Source: Callorhinchus milii
Lineage: Eukaryota
DNA length: 64,000 bases
NCBI RefSeq assembly: GCF_018977255.1
Contig: NW_024704742.1
Location: forward strand, 105,650,001-105,714,000
Direction of reading: 5' to 3'
Shown piece after piece: positions 60,864 through 64,000 of the stretch. The notes under the pieces were generated by a model. The model did not search any database. It was not told the origin of the DNA and saw only the letters and a program-made list of their open reading frames with translations. Position 1 is the stretch's first letter, and the number at the start of each line of letters is the position of its first letter. The translations under genes and the position numbers were made by a program.

Positions 60864-61774
60864 AGGCGTTAAAGGGAAACTGGAGTTAGTTATTAGTTAT
60901 TAGACTTGTTACAGGTCTCTCTCTCTCTCTCTTCTCTCTCCCTCCCTCTTCCTCCCCCCAATCCTCAAAGTTTATGTTGACAACTCCTCGGCTTTTCTGG
61001 TGTTTTAGATCAAATTTAAAAAAAAACAACCAGACTTGAGCGATGTGACTTTTTCCCCCCAAGATGTTTTTCCATTTAAAGCACACACACGAAAATGTGA
61101 TGCGTAGTGTGTGAGAGTGTGTGAGAGAGAGAAAGAGAAAGAAAGCGAGAGAGAGAGAGAGAGAGAGAGAGAGCACTAAATAACATAAGAAAATAAATGC
61201 AACACACTCAGCTGCAACCCAACTGGAATATTTTGCAGCCTTTTGCCCATTTTTGTTGTTGTTGATCGAAAGGAACAGCAAAGGTGTGAGCGAAAGGTGA
61301 CCTGTTCTGGTGTTGGCAGTGGCTGGAGTTTGACTGAGGGTCTGACAGCCAACGATCCCTGTGAGAGAGATCAGGGCAGTCACTACAAGTGGGAAGAAGG
61401 GAGTGTGTGTGTGTGTGTGAGAGAGAGAAAGAGAGGAGAGAGAGAGAGAGAGTGAGGTCTTGGCATTTTTTAAAATTCATCTGTTAAATAAAAACGAATT
61501 GTCGGCCCCGCAAAGCATCAGCTCTGCACGATTCGCGATGCTTTTATATATATATATATATTATATCAGCCTTGCAAAACAAGCTCTGCACGATTCGCGA
61601 TCCCACACACACACACATATATATATATATAATATATATGTATATATATATGAGGCTTAACAAACCTCAGGTCTGCACAGTGCGCGATGCTAACCCGGGA
61701 GTCAGTAACTAACTCAGTCACTGGCGGAGTTGCAGTGGAAACTTGCGTTTGAGTCGTGTCAATTTCTCCTGGTG

Positions 61775-62135
61775 TTCCCCTTCCCTTCCCTTCCCTTGCC
61801 TTCCCTTCCCTTCCCTTCCCTTGCCTTGTCTTCCTATCCCTTGCCTTCCCTTGCCTTGCCTTGCCTTGCCTTCCCTTCCCTTCCCTTGCCTTCCCTTCCC
61901 TTCCCTTGCCTTCCCTTCCCTTCCCTTCCCTTCCCTTCCCTTCCCTTGCCTTGCCTTGCCTTCCCTTCCCTTCCCTTCCCTTCCCTTGCCTTCCCTTCCC
62001 TTCCCTTCCCTTGCCTTGCCTTGCCTTCCCTTCCCTTGCCTTGCCTTGCCTTGCCTTCCCTTCCCTTGCCTTGCCTTCCCTTCCCTTCCCTTCCCTTGCC
62101 TTGCCTTGCCTTGCCTTGCCTTGCCTTCCCTTGCC
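61775..62135. repeat. (CTTCC/CTTGC)n pentanucleotide array in EFNA5 intron 1
   Basis: About 360 bp of interspersed CTTCC and CTTGC units. Confidence 0.95.
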
Positions 62136-64000
62136 CAGGCGGGGAGCCCTTCACACGGGTAGAGGACACATCAGATCAGATCAGATCAGATCTCTGTGCA
62201 AATAATAATAATCCTTCCTGCAAATACTTGCTTATAATCATACAGACAGAGCCCAGGAGCCTGGATACAGAAGTTGGCTTTGCTTTTGATGTGACTGGAC
62301 AGAGCTGACTGAGCACTTGGTGCTTCAATCCTAAATCCGTGTGTTAAGTTTATTCCTCCCAACTTTTGATGCCGACACACTTTTCTCCCCAGTTTTTCTC
62401 TCCCCCACTTGTCCCCCACCCCATCCCCTCACACACACCCTTTCAGCCTTCCTTTCTTTCCTCCTTTCATCGATTTGCAGCAGATGTGAAAGTTTTCAAT
62501 TACCAAAGTAAACCACCGAAATGCGCATCGATTTGGCAAAATAATTGCTAAAACAATTCGCGGATTAAAAGGAAAAGAAAGAAAGAAAAAGTTTGATTTG
62601 GTGTGTTTTGTCCACCCCCCCTCACCACCCCCCAGGGTTAAATGAGGTTGTTTCATGAAAAAACGACATCAGAACCCCCTGAGGAAGTCTGCTGGACTGG
62701 AATGCCATTAAAACAACTGACCATTAATTGTCATTATTCATCTGATAACTAGTTTTTTTGTTGCTGCTGTTGGGAGTTTTTTCTGATTCAATGTGAATGC
62801 CGGTGAAAGGATTCAGAAGCCTCCTAAATTTCCCATTGCAGATTTGCTCTGCATGTCCACAGCAATATTTTTTTAACAGAATAGCCTTAATTGAAGATAA
62901 AAAGTTTTCTGTCAGAAGGCACCATTTTATTGGAATTTTTTTAGAAAATATATCAATTTTAAAACTGAAGTGAACGATTGCTCCTCATAGTAGGTCATTT
63001 TCTTTATAAAGATTGGAGTATTTCTGTGTATTATTGTCTCAGTTTATAAAGAGGTCTGAGCCACATACTAGCCATCAAAGAGTTGTTTATTCCTTCTTCT
63101 CTAAATAGTTCTAGTTTGTAATTTAAACCTACAATTAGTGGCTTGGATTTGCTTGGATCGACTGAACCTCCCATTGGTCTTCACTATTTCTGTGTCTGTC
63201 GCTGTTTGTATCTTTCTCTGTGTGTTTGTTTGTCTGACATTATCTCCCTCCATCTTCCTGCGATGTCTAATCCCACTCTTGTGTGTCCTCTCACTCTTGA
63301 GTCGCACTGTCTGTGTCTGTATATCTCTCGAACACAAAGTCCTAGTTTGGACTGAGATTCACAAAGTGATTTGGGTCACAGGGCATGTCTTTTTATGCCA
63401 TGTATTACACTGTCAGACAGAAACCTTTCTTCGAGTTTTCAATTTGGGATATTGGGAGATTTTCTCACCCTTGTTGATATGATTGACGACACTGTGTCTC
63501 CTTTGTGGGTCCAAATATGATGAATTGGAAATAAAAGCAAAGTCAAAGCCAGCGAACATATATATTTTTGCGCTTATCACAGCAAATTGATGTGCTCCTA
63601 GGTTTTAGCAAACGGATTTATCAAATAAAATGACACCAACAGTGATCGGCATTTTGCTATTTTCCATGAGTTAGAAGTGCCTTATTTCATTGCAAGTTAA
63701 TTGTGCAAAGGAACCATGTGGGACGCTGTTTATATAGAATAAATTCTTTGTGGTTTTCCATTGTCCTGGTAGATTGTGAGGCATAAAACTGGCGCTACCA
63801 CGGAATTGTTTTCCATTTTGTTCTCCGTAGCATGACAGTCATGGTAAAGTGTTAGAGCAGAGCAGAGCGGTTAAAGACAGTTTCAGACGGCCAGATGTTC
63901 ATGAGGTTTGCTGGGGTAATGCATTAGTTTCAATCTCTCCTCCCCAGAAAATCGTTTAAATCTCTAATCGTAACGTAACAGTACTGAATAAGTCCGTCAG

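Noticed and set aside
61730..62308. ORFs of 111-192 aa rich in LPFPS or GKARQ
   Set aside because: Translation of the pentanucleotide array.
60207..64000. EFNA5 exon 2
   Set aside because: No sequence encoding the expected continuation of the ephrin domain was found; intron 1 extends beyond the window.

Overview
Vertebrate nuclear DNA, most likely a cartilaginous fish such as a chimaera or shark (inferred from the CR1/L2/Deu-SINE repeat content and the divergence of the two exons). Two host coding exons are supported, both on the + strand: the last exon of FBXL17 (17477-17614, followed by its 3' UTR) and the first, signal-peptide exon of ephrin-A5/EFNA5 (60088-60206) within a CpG- and microsatellite-rich promoter region. 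This matches the FBXL17-EFNA5 gene order known from other vertebrates. The rest is FBXL17 last intron, about 40 kb of intergenic DNA, and the start of EFNA5 intron 1. It is filled with decayed CR1 and L2 LINEs, two SINE families sharing an L2-type tail, a Tx1/L1 3' fragment, a Gypsy RNase H relic, a palindromic MITE family and a probable non-autonomous Helitron with two 5' ends. I found no convincing new gene system. The most unusual items are the Helitron-like element, a 65-bp double palindrome, self-templated inverted insertions, multi-level nested insertions, an unclassified repeat family, candidate conserved non-coding enhancers, and repeat structures around the EFNA5 promoter. Repeat boundaries are by-eye estimates and family names come from motif recognition, not database searches.
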